A stretch of DNA of 64,000 nucleotides from Octopus vulgaris (GCA_951406725.2 OX597816.1:73780001-73844000), one strand, 5' to 3'. Positions 1 through 12,488 are shown, numbered from the stretch's first letter. The notes: a model not told the origin generated them from the sequence alone. Numbers and translations: made by a program.

Positions 1-730
1 AGAGTCGAGAATATTCTGTACAATAAACTTGACACGACGAAAGTTTCTGCTCGGTAGGTGCCACGTCTTCTGACGCATGACCAAAAGCGCACCAGGTTGA
101 TCAGATCACGGGAAAATTTGACATTGTTTAAGGCAAATCCAACTGGTGTCTTTGAGCATTTCCTAACCCAGGATAGGCGATGGCTATAGACAAAGAGACA
201 ATCCATGCAGTGGAAACACCCCTTCTCACCTACTTCAAAGAAGACCAAGGTCGTTTCATCTGCAGGGAATGTGATGGCTCTTGGTGGTGGGGGGCAAAGG
301 TCATTGTGTTTATTGATTATCTTTGAAAAGAACCACATCATCAATAGAGAGTACCATGCCAAATGGCTGGGGCAGTTACAAAAGGTTATCAGGATCAAAC
401 GCCAAGAAAAACTGGCGAAAGGAGTTTTGTTTCATTAGGACAATGCCCCAACATGCAAGTTCTTGGTTTCAATGGCTATCTCCTGCCTATCTCCTGCTTT
501 GGCCCCATATGACTATCATCTGTTCCTTAACATGAAAAAATACTTGTATGGGAATCCGCATCACAGTGATAACGACATCATGTTGTTGATGACATTTTTG
601 ATCAACAGGGTGAAAGCTTCTTCACTAATGGAATCCAAGCAGTGGACCGCAAGGGGTGGAGTGTTGAAAAGTAAACCTCACTTGACCACATTCCATGAGA
701 GTATTTTTGTTAGATTTTGAACTTTTGACA
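1..730 (+). mobile_element. Degraded mariner (Tc1/mariner) transposase remnant, truncated by the window edge
   Basis: Frameshifted fragments KVSAR*VPRLLT (WVP motif), QWKHPFSP, GVLFH*DNAP and SPALAPYDYHLF (YSPDLAPxD motif). Confidence 0.88.
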
Positions 731-757
731 ACCGACATATGTGTGTATCTGAATGTA

Positions 758-797
<40 letters not shown>

Positions 798-2627
798 AGT
801 GGGTGGACAGGAAACAAGTGACACTCAACGCATTTGATTCGTCTCCACGCAAATTAAAGACTTGTAGGTTCGTCAAACAAATCCAGCTCGTCAGGTTCAG
901 GTAACCAAGTCGTTTGACGAGCTCATAAAACCTTAAGCCGCGTGGAGCCGATTCAAACAGTTACTAAATGTATGTGTGTGTGTGTGTTTGTGTGAGTGTG
1001 TGTGTAGTCGCTAAGGAGTCAGACACAAACCCCGGGAGTATTCCGGTTCTTCATACTTTGATTTCTGTTCCCCGAGGTCAGATTTAACTTCAATCTTCCA
1101 GGGACGAGAATAAAATGTAATATAGCAGCGTAGTGGGTCGGCGAAATTGTTAGACCACTAGAAAAAATACCTTGGACTAATTCATAACCGCTCTTTAAGT
1201 CTAGAGCTTAAATTCAGTTAAGGGCACCTCTGCTTTTTATCCAACCATTTACGATAAATACCTAACCAGTACAGGGCGAATGTATTGCAGAACTGTTTGA
1301 GTATTGGAAAAATATCCGGTAACATTTTGTTCAGCATTTTGTGATGAACCGTTTATAATTGGCTGACAAATTGCTGCCTTGTAGAAACTACCCAACAAAA
1401 GGTAACGTGTGGCCACCTTTATATTATTCAGCAAAAATTTCATGACAAACGCTTAGTACTTGTCAATGATCTCACCAAGATTTTTTTTCTACAACGTAAT
1501 GGCGTTCAAAGAAGCAGAAGGATTAAATATGGTAGCATTAACTTGACTAGTGGACGGCATCCATGAATATGCATATTTTCACGCCATCACATCTATAATA
1601 TTATCATCATATTTGATTAGCGGTTCTATTATCATCTTTTATTTTATCGATCCCGAAAGGATGAAATGTAAAGTCGACTTCGTGAAATTTAAACTCAGAA
1701 CATAAAGACGGATGAAATACCGTTAAGCATTTTCTCCGGCGTACTAACAAGTCTGCCAGCTCGCCGCCATAACCAACACCCATAATATTAATCACTAACT
1801 AATTATATTTTCCTCACTGTATAATTGTTACTGATTAGCTGTTTTAATGCTCACCACATTAATTACACATACAACCTTTTCCATCATATCTCATGCCTAC
1901 AGGTGTCAGCGAAAGTCTAAAGGCTCGTGATTTTTCGTCCGAAAAATACAGTAGTGATTTCTCGTTGCATTCTGCAGGTTCATTTACAGAATATTCTTTT
2001 TTTTTTGTTCTATCGAGCTTACTTTTGAGGGGCAAAGCCTACTTAACCCTTAAGTAGCAGGATTAGTTCGTCACCCGAGAATTTGTCCACGCACAGGTGA
2101 ACCTATGGGACACATGTGTAGAAGCCAGGCCTCCTTCGGATCTTGTGTCTCTGCGACAAAGCCCTTTCTACTATTTAACCGATAATTGAAGCCCTTAATT
2201 AATACCAACCTGAACCAGAGTAGAACAAGATGTAGCGGTGACAAAATGGTACCTCCACACTTCCACAAATCTCCTGAACGCCCGAGCTGTAGCTTCACCA
2301 AAAGGTATGGTTCAACGTCTTCCTTAGGATATGCTAACAATAACTTAGCTGTTAACTTAATTCCATGGACATTTGGCCCCTAAATCCTTGGGCCTATCCT
2401 GTATAACCAGTACAACAATGTATGTGTGAAGGTTGACCCTTCGGAATGCAGGTACAGTCATCCGGCGGTCTTCCATGCGGTTAACATTAAATTAATTTTT
2501 ACTCAAAGGCACTGGAGTGGACATCAATAAAAAGTATATATACACAAGGTGACTTGCAGTAGAATTGAACCTAGTATTTCATGATACCGAAGAGAACTTC
2601 TTAACCATTTGGCCATACTTCCGTTCA

Positions 2628-2628
2628 G

Positions 2629-2706
<78 letters not shown>

Positions 2707-2799
2707 GTACATACTTACATGTACACACAAACATACACACAGACATATGCTTCTATTGCTATAGAGACATGTTAAGACATGAACAACCACAAGCACATG

Positions 2800-2830
<31 letters not shown>

Positions 2831-2851
2831 ACAAGCATACATGCATGCACG

Positions 2852-2921
<70 letters not shown>

Positions 2922-3012
2922 TGCATGAATTCATACATACACACATATATATACATACATACATGCATACGTACATACACATATACATACACACATACAG
3001 ACACGACCGCAG

Positions 3013-3051
<39 letters not shown>

Positions 3052-3729
3052 AAATAAAGATTAAAAGGGAAGAAGGAGAGGAAAGAAAGACATAAGTACT
3101 AAATATGGTCTTTTTTCTTGTTTTGGCGGGGTTGTTTTGAGTGTGCTTTTTTGGCTGTAAGGAAAATGTAGACTGAGAAATGCTCGATCTGTTAAAAATA
3201 ACAGCGAAATCTCTCCCTCAAATTACACGTTGCCATCTTTGAAAAGACAAACGCATTGAGTAAGCAGTGTTCTGGTGATAACAGTATGATTGGGGCGGAG
3301 GGGGATAAAAGAGGAATTTGGTCACAAGTGGAATGTCTTTGATCATAGGCTTACTGGATCAGGGACCTGACATAAATGCTAAACAACAATAAAGACAGAC
3401 ACAGAGACTGACAGAAAGCAAGGATCAAGCAAGCAAGCAAGCGGGAAAGAAAGAAGCAAACACCAAGTGGATAAACAAAAAGAAAGGGGGGAAAGGGGAA
3501 ACAAACAAATAAACAAAGGGGGAAGGAAGGAAGGAAGGAAGGAAGGAAGAAAGGAAAGAAGGAAGGAAAGAAGGAAGAAAGGAAGAAAGGAAAGAAGGAA
3601 GGACTAGCTAACAAACTAAAAGGATGTAGAAAGAAACAAGCCCAAAGGAAGGAAAAAGGAAGGAACCATACCACGAAGAAATAACTAAGGGGAAAAAACA
3701 AAAAGAAAGAAAGAAAGAAAGAAAGAAAC

Positions 3730-3802
<73 letters not shown>

Positions 3803-3810
3803 GGGAAAGA
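2628..3810. repeat. Compound microsatellite block: (CA)n, (TA)n, (GAAA)n, (GGAA)n, downstream of the CFAP77 stop
   Basis: Read directly; similar blocks at 4600-4795, 22350-22440, 35960-36450, 37820-38155 and 53185-53355. Confidence 0.95.
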
Positions 3811-3863
3811 AAGAACGAGAAAATCGTTTGGTTCTGTGAGAAAATCTGATGCGACGATAGTTT

Positions 3864-3992
3864 TTAATGATATGCAGCGGTGTATATTCCTTGCTGTGTC
3901 GTTCCAAGTCGAGGAATTTTGTCTAATTCTTGTTTAGCCATTGCCTGATTTTTCTTGGCTTCCGATCGAAAGGTTTCGAGGTGAGGTTGTGC
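3864..3992 (-). CDS. CFAP77: CFAP77 exon 6 (terminal coding exon): AQPHLETFRSEAKKNQAMAKQELDKIPRLGTTQQGIYTAAYH*
   Basis: Poly-T-acag acceptor, phase 0, TAA stop at 3866-3864; resembles the CFAP77 C-terminus as recalled (HLDTF...RQGTLRMGNYTHP). Confidence 0.9.
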   Translation of the reverse strand, partial: AQPHLETFRSEAKKNQAMAKQELDKIPRLGTTQQGIYTAAYH

Positions 3993-4614
3993 CTGTAAAA
4001 AAAAAAAACAACATCAATATCAATTCCAACACAGAGAAAACGTTGAAGCTTGTACGCCCTCGCTCGACCTGTATGAAATAGCAGCTAACTATACTTCATA
4101 TTACTGTCTATTGTCAACTGCCTGATAAAACGAATGGATAGATTATACACTGTCGGAACGATCATGACTTGAACGCCATTGATCATATGTCTATAGGATA
4201 AGGTTGATTCGTTTAGTTCCTAATATGGAATGGACCACATTTACTACAGACCATTTAATATACCATGTAGGCTCACGAACGTATTTATAATTTGCAGATG
4301 GGACAATTGGACAGTGTGCACTTCCATGGTATTGTGTGTGGTACGATTCCCTGACAAGAAATTCCTCGGAGCTCGAACGGACTGGACCATCTGTGTGTTT
4401 AGTCCTTCTTTGTAGATCGCAAGATAGCTTGCTGCAATGGTTCTGTCGTCGAATAAGGGTAGTATATATATGCATGTGTGTGCGTGAGTGTGTAGGTAGG
4501 TAGGTAGGTAGGTGTATGTATGCATGAATGTATGTATGTACGTATGTATATATAAAAATATATATATAAACATACATAAATATTTATAAAACTACATATA
4601 TATCCACACATCAT

Positions 4615-4683
<69 letters not shown>

Positions 4684-5011
4684 TACATACATACATACAT
4701 ACATACATACATACATACATACATACATACATACATACATACATACATACATACATACATACATACATACATACATACATACATACATACATAGAGACAG
4801 GTGTATATTCTGCCTTATATAGTCTACAAGAATACTACAAGAAAAACCACTAAAAGAAAAAACAACTTTGGTATGTCGTTCAATAAATTCAACCTTGGAC
4901 TTCTTGGAAATCTAAAAAATCTGAAAAACAAAAGCAGAAGCAAAACAACAGATTCCTACAATGAATCGACATCAGACCAAAACCTTACAAAGAAATGCAA
5001 CGTATACGTAC

Positions 5012-5116
5012 ACATTTAGTGAAGCGTGGAAGTTTCCACAATTCTGGTTCTTTAGTTGGTTGTTGATATTGAGCTAACATATTCGCTCTTGTTTTATATA
5101 CTGCACTCTGACGATT
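5012..5116 (-). CDS. CFAP77: CFAP77 exon 5: NRQSAVYKTRANMLAQYQQPTKEPELWKLPRFTKC
   Basis: ttttcag acceptor, gtacgt donor, 105 nt, phase 0-0; YxTR...LWxLPxF pattern of CFAP77. Confidence 0.88.
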
Positions 5117-6176
5117 CTGAAAATTGATAATGAAATTTCAACTCAGTAGAATGACTTCAAGCCACAAAATATGGGACATCAATATCAAACTAAAAAAAAA
5201 AAATCTATGATTCTCTTCCTTTCAAATCAAGGGGTAACGTTTTCATCAGTAAATATATTTTGGGGTAATTGGTTGAAAAAGTTCCCCGACCCCTGATCTA
5301 GAACAACATTATTCACTGTGCCTTCTCCCTTCTTTTAGTGTAAAATTTTGCTGCTATTTCTAACTCGACAAGCGACCACGTAGAGGCGCTCCCATTAGCA
5401 GAGGTGTCCTCCTACTTCGATAGTTGATACGTTAAAGTGTGCAGCTTTCCAGAAAATGATCGGTACAGTGTATGTTATGAGTATGTGTATGTGTGCATAA
5501 GTAGGTGTCTACGTGTGTGAGTGTATATATATATATAATTATATGAGTGTATGTGTGTATTCATTTATTCGTTTACTTGTTTCAGTCATTTGACTGCGGT
5601 CATGCTGGAACCTTGAAGTGTTTTTCTCGAACAATTCTACCCCAGGACTTATTTTAAACCCCACTATTTATTTTATCGGTCTCTTTTGCCAGACCGCTAA
5701 GGTACGGGGATGTAAACACACCAACGCTGGTTGCCAAGCGATGGTGATGTGGACAAACATAGACACAAAGACACACTTAGGATCTATTGGAGGGGCCCAA
5801 TCTAAGTATGTCACGAGGTTTCCAGGCATATGTTCTACTCACATGTCAAATTAAGTGGCATTTTCTGCAGAAATTAGAAATTGGACACACAAAAAATCAG
5901 TATTCGAAGTAATCGAACGTAAACAATGAAACTTGTTATATTTCCCTTGAATCTTTAAAAAATATATTGTGCAGGTGCTATAGGTTATTTCCCTTGGGTG
6001 TTTTAAAAACATTAGATATATGAGGCAAATATAAAGGTCCCCTTTAAGTATGTCACGTGGTTTCCAGACATAAGTTGTACTCACGTGTCAATTTTCATCA
6101 AAATCAATAAAACGATGTGGGAGGAGTTAGCTAACAACTCCACAAACAAATACACACTGATTTTCCACATATGTAG

Positions 6177-6234
<58 letters not shown>

Positions 6235-6235
<1 letters not shown>

Positions 6236-6444
6236 TCTTTTACTTGTTTCAGTCATTTGACTGCGGCCATGCTGGAGCACCGCCTTTAATCGAGCAACTC
6301 GACCCCGGGACTTATTCTTTTGTAAGCCCAGTACTTATTCTATCGGTCTTTTTTGCCGAACCGCTAAGTAACGGGGACATAAACACACCAGCATCGGTTG
6401 TCAAGCAATGCTAGGGGGACAAACACACTCACACAAACACACAC

Positions 6445-6483
<39 letters not shown>

Positions 6484-6650
6484 TACGACGGGCTTCTTTC
6501 AGTTTCCGTCTACCAAATCCACTCACAAGGCTTTGGTCGGCCCGAGGCTATAGTAGAAGACACTTGCCCAAAGTGCCACGCAGTAGGACTGAACCCGGAA
6601 CCATGTGGTTGGTAAACAAGCTACTTACCACACAGCCACTCCTGCGCCTA
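6235..6650 (-). mobile_element. tRNA-derived SINE, family B (CORE-like GGCAYCTTGGGCAAGT block, internal TA/TG microsatellite)
   Basis: Head GGCGCAGGAGTGGCTGTGTGGTAAG...GGGTTCAGTCC. Related copies at about 19968-20112, 36590-36880, 48735-49095 and 51662-52055. Confidence 0.8.
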
Positions 6651-6966
6651 TATATATATACACACATATATATCTATATATATATGATGATGATTGCTTC
6701 ATTTTGACAGATAATAGCCGTCCCGTCAACACATACACCACACCCTATTACACAGCATAATCCCTCCGTTGATGAACCCACGGATGGCTTTTAAGACCAC
6801 CTGCTGATTGACAGGGTTTAAAACACTAGTGACAGATATTATTCAAGTTTCTTCTACATCTTTGCCTTTATGGAATCTGATTCTGAAAAAATTAGCATGT
6901 CTTTTAAGTCTCTTTTAAGTCCAGGTATTATCTACAAGTTTTGTAACTTATGACACAAATGGAAAT

Positions 6967-7009
<43 letters not shown>

Positions 7010-7048
7010 TGATCAAAATAAAAATAAAAACATGAGGCGAAGGATTCA

Positions 7049-7126
7049 GCGGTACATATGTTTCGGGCCTTTATTAGACAGATTTATAACAAAGCATAAT
7101 GTATGTCTGTGGCCTTCTTCAGCCGC
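7049..7126 (-). ncRNA. Mirror copy of the hammerhead candidate (sense with CFAP77 pre-mRNA)
   Basis: Exact reverse complement of 7361-7438. Confidence 0.62.
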
Positions 7127-7360
7127 GCACAACAGCTTCCACAAGGACATGTGTTACATCAAATATGGGGATGCAAATCCTCTCGTTCATATAGCAGCAT
7201 AGAATTGAAGCGTCCATCTCTTTCTTCTCTCAATGTAGAATGAGAAGAAAGAGATGGATCAATATGCTGCTGCCGCATTATGTCGTACGTGAACGAGAGG
7301 ATTTGCATCCCCAACCAAGAATTTTTGATGTAACACATGTCCTTGTGGAAGCTGTTGTGC

Positions 7361-7438
7361 GCGGCTGAAGAAGGCCACAGACATACATTATGCTTTGTTA
7401 TAAATCTGTCTAATAAAGGCCCGAAACATATGTACCGC
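7361..7438 (+). ncRNA. Minimal type-I hammerhead ribozyme candidate
   Basis: Stem I GCGG/CCGC, CUGAAGA at 7365-7371, stem II GGCC/GGCC, GAAAC at 7423-7427, palindromic stem III CAUAUG, GUA cleavage triplet at 7432-7434. Confidence 0.65.
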
Positions 7439-7546
7439 TGAATCCTTCACCTCATGTTTTTATTTTTATTTTGATCAATTTACTCCACCACCTACACCAC
7501 CAAACGGTATACACAGGTGCTTATAATTATCAAGTACTCACCCCGA

Positions 7547-7598
<52 letters not shown>

Positions 7599-7630
7599 CA
7601 TACATATATACATATATATACATTATATAT

Positions 7631-7692
<62 letters not shown>

Positions 7693-8049
7693 TTCGTTTT
7701 GGGATTTGGTTTGCAAGATTCTTTATGTGAGTTCGTGTGTTGAAGCATATTTTGTTGTGTCTGGGGAGAGTCATTTTCTTTTTCTGCCTTATAATATAAT
7801 TTATTTTAGGAAAATAAAAATAAGGAATAAGTGGAAATTTTACCGGTGAATGTGTGAAATTTTAAGCACAATAAAAAAATGGCTCTCATTCCGGGGTCGA
7901 TAAAAATAAGTACAAGTTGAACACTGCGGTCGATATAATTGACCTACCCCTCCCCCAAAATCCCTTACAATGGGATCGAACTGAAAACCATATGATTGCA
8001 AAGTGGATTTTTTTAACAACACGGTTATGCCTAGTAACTAGTTACAATT

Positions 8050-8445
8050 ATTTCAAATTTTTGCCACAAGGACAGCTTGTGGGAGGTGGTGATGAATCGA
8101 TTACATCGACCCCAGTGTTCGACTGGTAGTTAATTTATCGACCCCGAAAGGATCAAAGGCAAAGTCGACCTCGCCGGAATTTGAACTCAGAACGTAAAGA
8201 CAGACGAAATACCTATTTTTTTACTACCCACAAGGGGCTAAACATAGAGTGGACAAACAAGGACAGACAAACGGATTAAGTCGATTATATCGACCCCAGT
8301 GCGTAACTGGTACTTAATTTATTGACCTCTTAAGGATGAAAGGCAAAGTCGACCTCAGCGGAATTTGAACTCAGAACGTAGCGGCAGACGAAATACCGCT
8401 GAGCATTCCATCCAGTGTGCTAACGATTCTGCCATCTCGCCGCCT
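8050..8445 (-). mobile_element. tRNA-derived SINE family A, tandem/nested copies
   Basis: Consensus head GGCGGCGAGCTGGCAGAAACGTTAGC (A box-like), GAGTTCAAATTCC (B box), central GACTTTGCCTTTCATCCTTTCGGGGTCGATAAATTAAGTACCAG (resembles the Meta/MESC domain, from recall). Confidence 0.85.
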
Positions 8446-8712
8446 TCATGTAGCTAGTGATAATTGATACACAAACAGTAACGTAGCTGGCAGATGGAGA
8501 AGACGAGGGAGCGGAGCTTTTATGACTGCCGAACTATGTGGGTGGCGCTTTAGAGTCTGTATAAGCTTGTATGGACAGTGTTGACACAAAAAATGTTTTT
8601 ACTGTTGCTAAAACTACGCTCGGTGGGAGCTCGAAGTGAAGGCGACAAACTCGGCGGCACACACTAAACTACTCCGGTATATACTAAAATATATTTCAAA
8701 ATGTAAACTTAC

Positions 8713-8821
8713 CTGTTTATGAGCTTCTCTCTGCGTCCGTCGCGCAAATTCGTCTTTCTTCTCTTGCACCCACATTGTTCCAAATTTATTTCCAATGACT
8801 TCTTGTATAGGAGTGGATGGC
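8713..8821 (-). CDS. CFAP77: CFAP77 exon 4: (R)PSTPIQEVIGNKFGTMWVQEKKDEFARRTQREAHKQ
   Basis: aatcag acceptor, CAG|gtaagt donor, 109 nt, phase 2-0; RPSTP...WVQE motif of CFAP77. Confidence 0.92.
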
Positions 8822-8949
8822 CTGATTTCAGAAATTGAACGAAAAATTACTGGGTTTTAAATCTGACACAAAATAAAACAAACTTGGAATAAGGGTGGAG
8901 TCGATTTTTAATCTACCCCATGACAAAACTGCTACTAATATTCTTTAGT

Positions 8950-9780
8950 ACTCTAGGCACAAGGCCTGAAATTTGGGGGGAGGGGGCCAGTCAATTAGAT
9001 CGACCTCAGTATGCAACTGGTACTTAATTTATCGACCCTGAGAGGATGAAACGCAAAGTCGAACTCGGGCGAAATTTGAACTCAGAACGTAAAGACAGAC
9101 GAAATACCGCTAAGCATTTGGCCCGGCGTACTAACGTTTCTGCCAGCTCGCCGCCTTTGTAATTCTCAATATTCTTTTCCACTCTAGGCACAAGGCCCGA
9201 AATTTTGGAGGAGGAGGCCAGTCGATTAGATCGACCCCAGTACGCAACTGGTACTTAATTTATCGACCCCGAAAGGATGAAAGACAAAGTCGACCTCGGC
9301 AGAATTTGAACTCAGAACGTAGCGGCAGACGAAATACCTATTTTTTTACTACCCACAAGGGGCTGCACACAGAGGGGACAAACAAGAATAGACAAACGGA
9401 TTAAGTCGATTATATCGACCCCAGTGCGTAACTGGTTCTTATTTAATCGACCCCAAAAGGATGAAAGGCAAAGTTGACCTCGGCGGAATTTGAACTACGT
9501 TCTGAGTTCAAATTCCGCCGAGGTCGACTTTGCCTTTCATCCTTTCAGGGTCGATAAATTAAGTACCAGTTGCATACTGATGTCGATCTAATCGACTGCC
9601 CCCACCCCACTCCCCCAAAATTTCGGGCCTTGTGCTTAGAGTAGAAAAAAATATCGAAACCAATATTAAGGCGGCGAGCTGACAGAATCCTTGGAGCGCC
9701 AGGCAAAATGTTTAGCAGCATTTTTTCTGTCTTTACGTTCTGAGTTCAAATTCTGCCAAGGTCGGCTTTATCTTTCGGGG
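8950..9780. mobile_element. Cluster of SINE family A copies, including a directly abutting inverted pair at about 9497
   Basis: Minus-strand copies at 8950-9496 followed immediately by plus-strand copies (GGCGGAATTTGAACT-ACGTTCTG-AGTTCAAATTCCGCC). Confidence 0.85.
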
Positions 9781-10010
9781 TCTATAATAAAAAAAAAAAG
9801 AGGGCAAAAAAGTACCCCTTTTTTAAAACTTATATTTTTCTATACAAATTTGCAAAAAATTTGGCAAAGAACGCCATTTTGAAATTACCACTCCCCCTAC
9901 TTTCTTCATTTTTAATCATTTTTTCAGATTTTTTTTGATTTTTTTCTCAAAATATGCGGAAAAATACGGAGATTATGATTCTGAAAAAAAATTTCCAAAA
10001 GTTTTTGTAG

Positions 10011-10088
10011 TTAGGGTTAGGGTTAGGGTTTTAGGGTTAGGGTTTTAGGGTTAAGGTTTCAGGATTAGGGTTATGGTTAGGGTTAGGG
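10011..10088 (+). repeat. Interstitial telomere-type (TTAGGG)n tract, degenerate; a second short tract lies at 10853-10870
   Basis: About 12 TTAGGG/TTTTAGGG units read directly. Confidence 0.9.
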
Positions 10089-10197
10089 AAAAAAGTGAAA
10101 AATGAAGAAATTGGGGTGGGGGTAGGAAGGATAGGCCGAAATTTCAAAATGCCGATTTTTGGCAATTTTCCGAACTCTTCGTATCCGAAAATTGGCA

Positions 10198-10233
<36 letters not shown>

Positions 10234-10348
10234 TACAATTATAATTATAATTATAACAATAATAATAATAATAATTGGGGGATGGAGGAAGACTTTCCAG
10301 AGATAGAGAGACGGGGGCGGGGAGAGAAAAGGTGGAGATGAATCTTAC

Positions 10349-10589
10349 CTGACGGGCATTCCAAACGTAGTTTCAATGGGAAATTCCATTTTCTCAAACC
10401 TTCCGGCATGGCCCTTTGTGATAGTATTCCGTATGTCGTACAACTGGCGGAAGCTACGTTGTTCTGGGGCGGTTACGATGCCTCGCTGAACACAGTCCTT
10501 GTTCAAAGCAATATAATTACGTACACTCACAGTTTGAGGCTTCAAGGGGGTGCTAATAAAATCGGTTGGTAAATCCCAGCCTCGTAGGG
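10349..10589 (-). CDS. CFAP77: CFAP77 exon 3: (A)LRGWDLPTDFISTPLKPQTVSVRNYIALNKDCVQRGIVTAPEQRSFRQLYDIRNTITKGHAGRFEKMEFPIETTFGMPV(R)
   Basis: Weak aaaag acceptor, CAG|gtaaga donor, 241 nt, phase 1-2; RNYIALN...GxVTA...DIR...TFG motifs of the CFAP77/DUF4483 domain. Confidence 0.9.
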
Positions 10590-10872
10590 CTTTTCAAGAA
10601 CAATGCCAATATGACGGATGAAAATAGAGAAAGAAAAAGAAAACAAAAACAAAAAAATTACAGTTTAGAACATGGGAGAATTGTGCAAAAAGTGAAAAAA
10701 AAAAAAAATTTAAATAAGTGAAGTTTATGCATGTTTTTACTTCTAATTCTTTTAATTTCAAATTCAAACCTCTGAACCTGCCAAATATTATGAAGAGATG
10801 ATTATCTCCCTTGATAATGATCTGCCAAGCATTATTTTCACACTGCTGAAGGTTAGGGTTAGGGTTAGGGCA

Positions 10873-11170
10873 AGTCAGGTAGGCAGATCACCTTGTTCGA
10901 ATGTCAGACATGCGACTCCCCCAAGAGACTGTTGGTGAAAGACAAGCGCACGCAAAGAGCACGGAAAAAGCACTTCAAGGATGCACTCAAAAAAGCCTCA
11001 CTGAAAAGTTTTGAGATCATCCCTGATACCTGGGAAATTCAACCAACAAGACCGCAAAGCCTGGCGGAAGCTGCACCGACAAAGATGTCACCGCCTACGA
11101 ACAAAACAGGATTGCAAGGATACAAAGAAAACGTGAACCGCGCATGTCCACAACCAACATCTTGCCTTCA
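10873..11170 (+). mobile_element. RTE-clade LINE 3' fragment
   Basis: HLVRMSD.RLPKRLL and KKHFKDALKKASLKSFEIIPDTWE, spread over shifted frames. Confidence 0.75.
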
Positions 11171-11691
11171 GACCAGACACGTAGCTACGGGGGGGGGGGG
11201 GCTATGGGGTGTACGGCACCCCCAGTTAGAATCTCAGCGCCTCCACCCACCAGCATGACAATTTGTTTTATCTACTTTTGAAAGAAAACGAAAACAAAAG
11301 AAATGACAGTTACTGATAAGAAATTATGCAATAAGTAAAAAAAAAAAAAAATTAAATATGTGAAGTTTCAAATTCAAAACCACTGAACCTGCCAAATAGT
11401 ATGAAGAGGTTATCTCCCTTGTAATACCTGATCTGCCAAGCAAGCAATATCTGAAGTCGCTAAAGATGCAATAAATTGAATTTCTTTTGATTTAGTAGTT
11501 AGTGATATGAAAACGTGGGTAAAGAGCTGTTTGTTGCAGCTGTAATTGTTGTCGCAGAATTGGCTGCTGACCCAGTCATCAATCGTGGGTTGAATTAAGG
11601 AGTGGGTGATGGATCAGTTGTTGTTGCTGTTGTTGTTGTGGTGCTCGTGGTAGCGATGGCGGCGCCGGTGATTGTCCTTGATGCTGTTGCT

Positions 11692-12050
11692 GCTGAGCGA
11701 ACGGTCTTCGTCCCAGAGCTCGCAAGATGGGAAAAGTCCGAAACGCAGTCCTTTGCTATTCGTAAGACCCGCAGAAGAGAAAGCAGGTCAACCCCCGACA
11801 CCGAGAGCATCGACGGATGGATGAATGCGCATCCAGGCTCAGCGGTTGCGTAGGAAGTCGGAGACAAGAAACAGGAAGAAAGAGTGGGAGAAACTTGGAG
11901 CGAAAGAGTACAACAGAGGTCGCCACCACCCGCAGCCTTGTGGAGCTTTAGGTGTTTTTGCTCAATACACACAACGCCCGGTTTGGGAATAGAAACCGCG
12001 ATCCTCCGACCGCGAGTCCGCTGCCTTAACCACTGGGCCATTGCGCCTCC
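11692..12050 (-). mobile_element. tRNA-headed SINE family C (~360 bp)
   Basis: Head GGAGGCGCAATGGCCCAGTGGTTAAGG...GGTTTCTATTCCC; highly similar copies at 19521-19891(+) and 24436-24787(+); CAG/CAA-rich tail. Confidence 0.8.
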
Positions 12051-12147
12051 ACCCTTGTTGCTGTTGAAAACTATGTGAAGAATTGTTGCTGGGAAAGCAA
12101 TATTTCAATATTACTTTCCCGTTTCTTACTTAATTCTTTCTTGCATA

Positions 12148-12364
12148 TACGAGAGAGTGCTGAAAAGTTCTTGGTTTTAAGGGTCTCGCAAAAACAGCCT
12201 GGCTGGAGGCCCAGCCTTCCGAATTCTTTCACAGAACTTAGAAAAGCTGAAGGACCACTGCAATAACCTGAGAGGGGAATATGTTGAATAAAATCATAAT
12301 TAACCGATCTCCCTGTATTTTCTTTTACCCAAAACCTGGAACATTTTCAGTACCCCTTCGTGTA
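12148..12364. mobile_element. Mariner-derived MITE (~215 bp)
   Basis: TA-CGAGAGAGTGCTGAAAAGTTC ... GAACATTTTCAGTACCCCTTCG imperfect TIRs; related remnant near 54820-54895. Confidence 0.65.
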
Positions 12365-12488
12365 CCTACATTTCAATGTAAACAAAGTATTACTTATCCC
12401 GAGCATAAAACAACTGGTCAAGCACTGGTGTTTCTAGAAGACAGATAGACAGACAGACAGATAGATAGATAGATAGAGTCTTATATAC

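Larger units (their letters stand above)
7005..7482. mobile_element. Near-perfect ~480 bp foldback, likely an inverted Penelope-like terminal repeat
   Basis: Arms 7005-7163 and 7324-7482 are reverse complements with about 1 mismatch; each arm carries a hammerhead core; adjacent to a (TA)n tract. Confidence 0.75.

Noticed and set aside
2071-2340. Minus-strand ORF containing PYLLVKLQ...KCGGTILSPLH, reminiscent of a trypsin-like protease
   Set aside because: No TAAHC follows and no compatible exons or other protease motifs were found; probably chance within an unclassified ~500-bp segment
4298-4340. Possible plus-strand micro-exon (ttgcag...gtacga)
   Set aside because: No partner exons or recognisable peptide; antisense within a CFAP77 intron
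2524-4792. Long YI/VC/HT/FLS-rich ORFs, also at 35970-36663, 37723-38267, 52998-53414 and elsewhere
   Set aside because: Translations of di-, tri- and tetranucleotide microsatellites
4870-4922. Pyrimidine-rich minus-strand acceptor near 4921
   Set aside because: Immediate in-frame stop; the CFAP77 model is already complete without it
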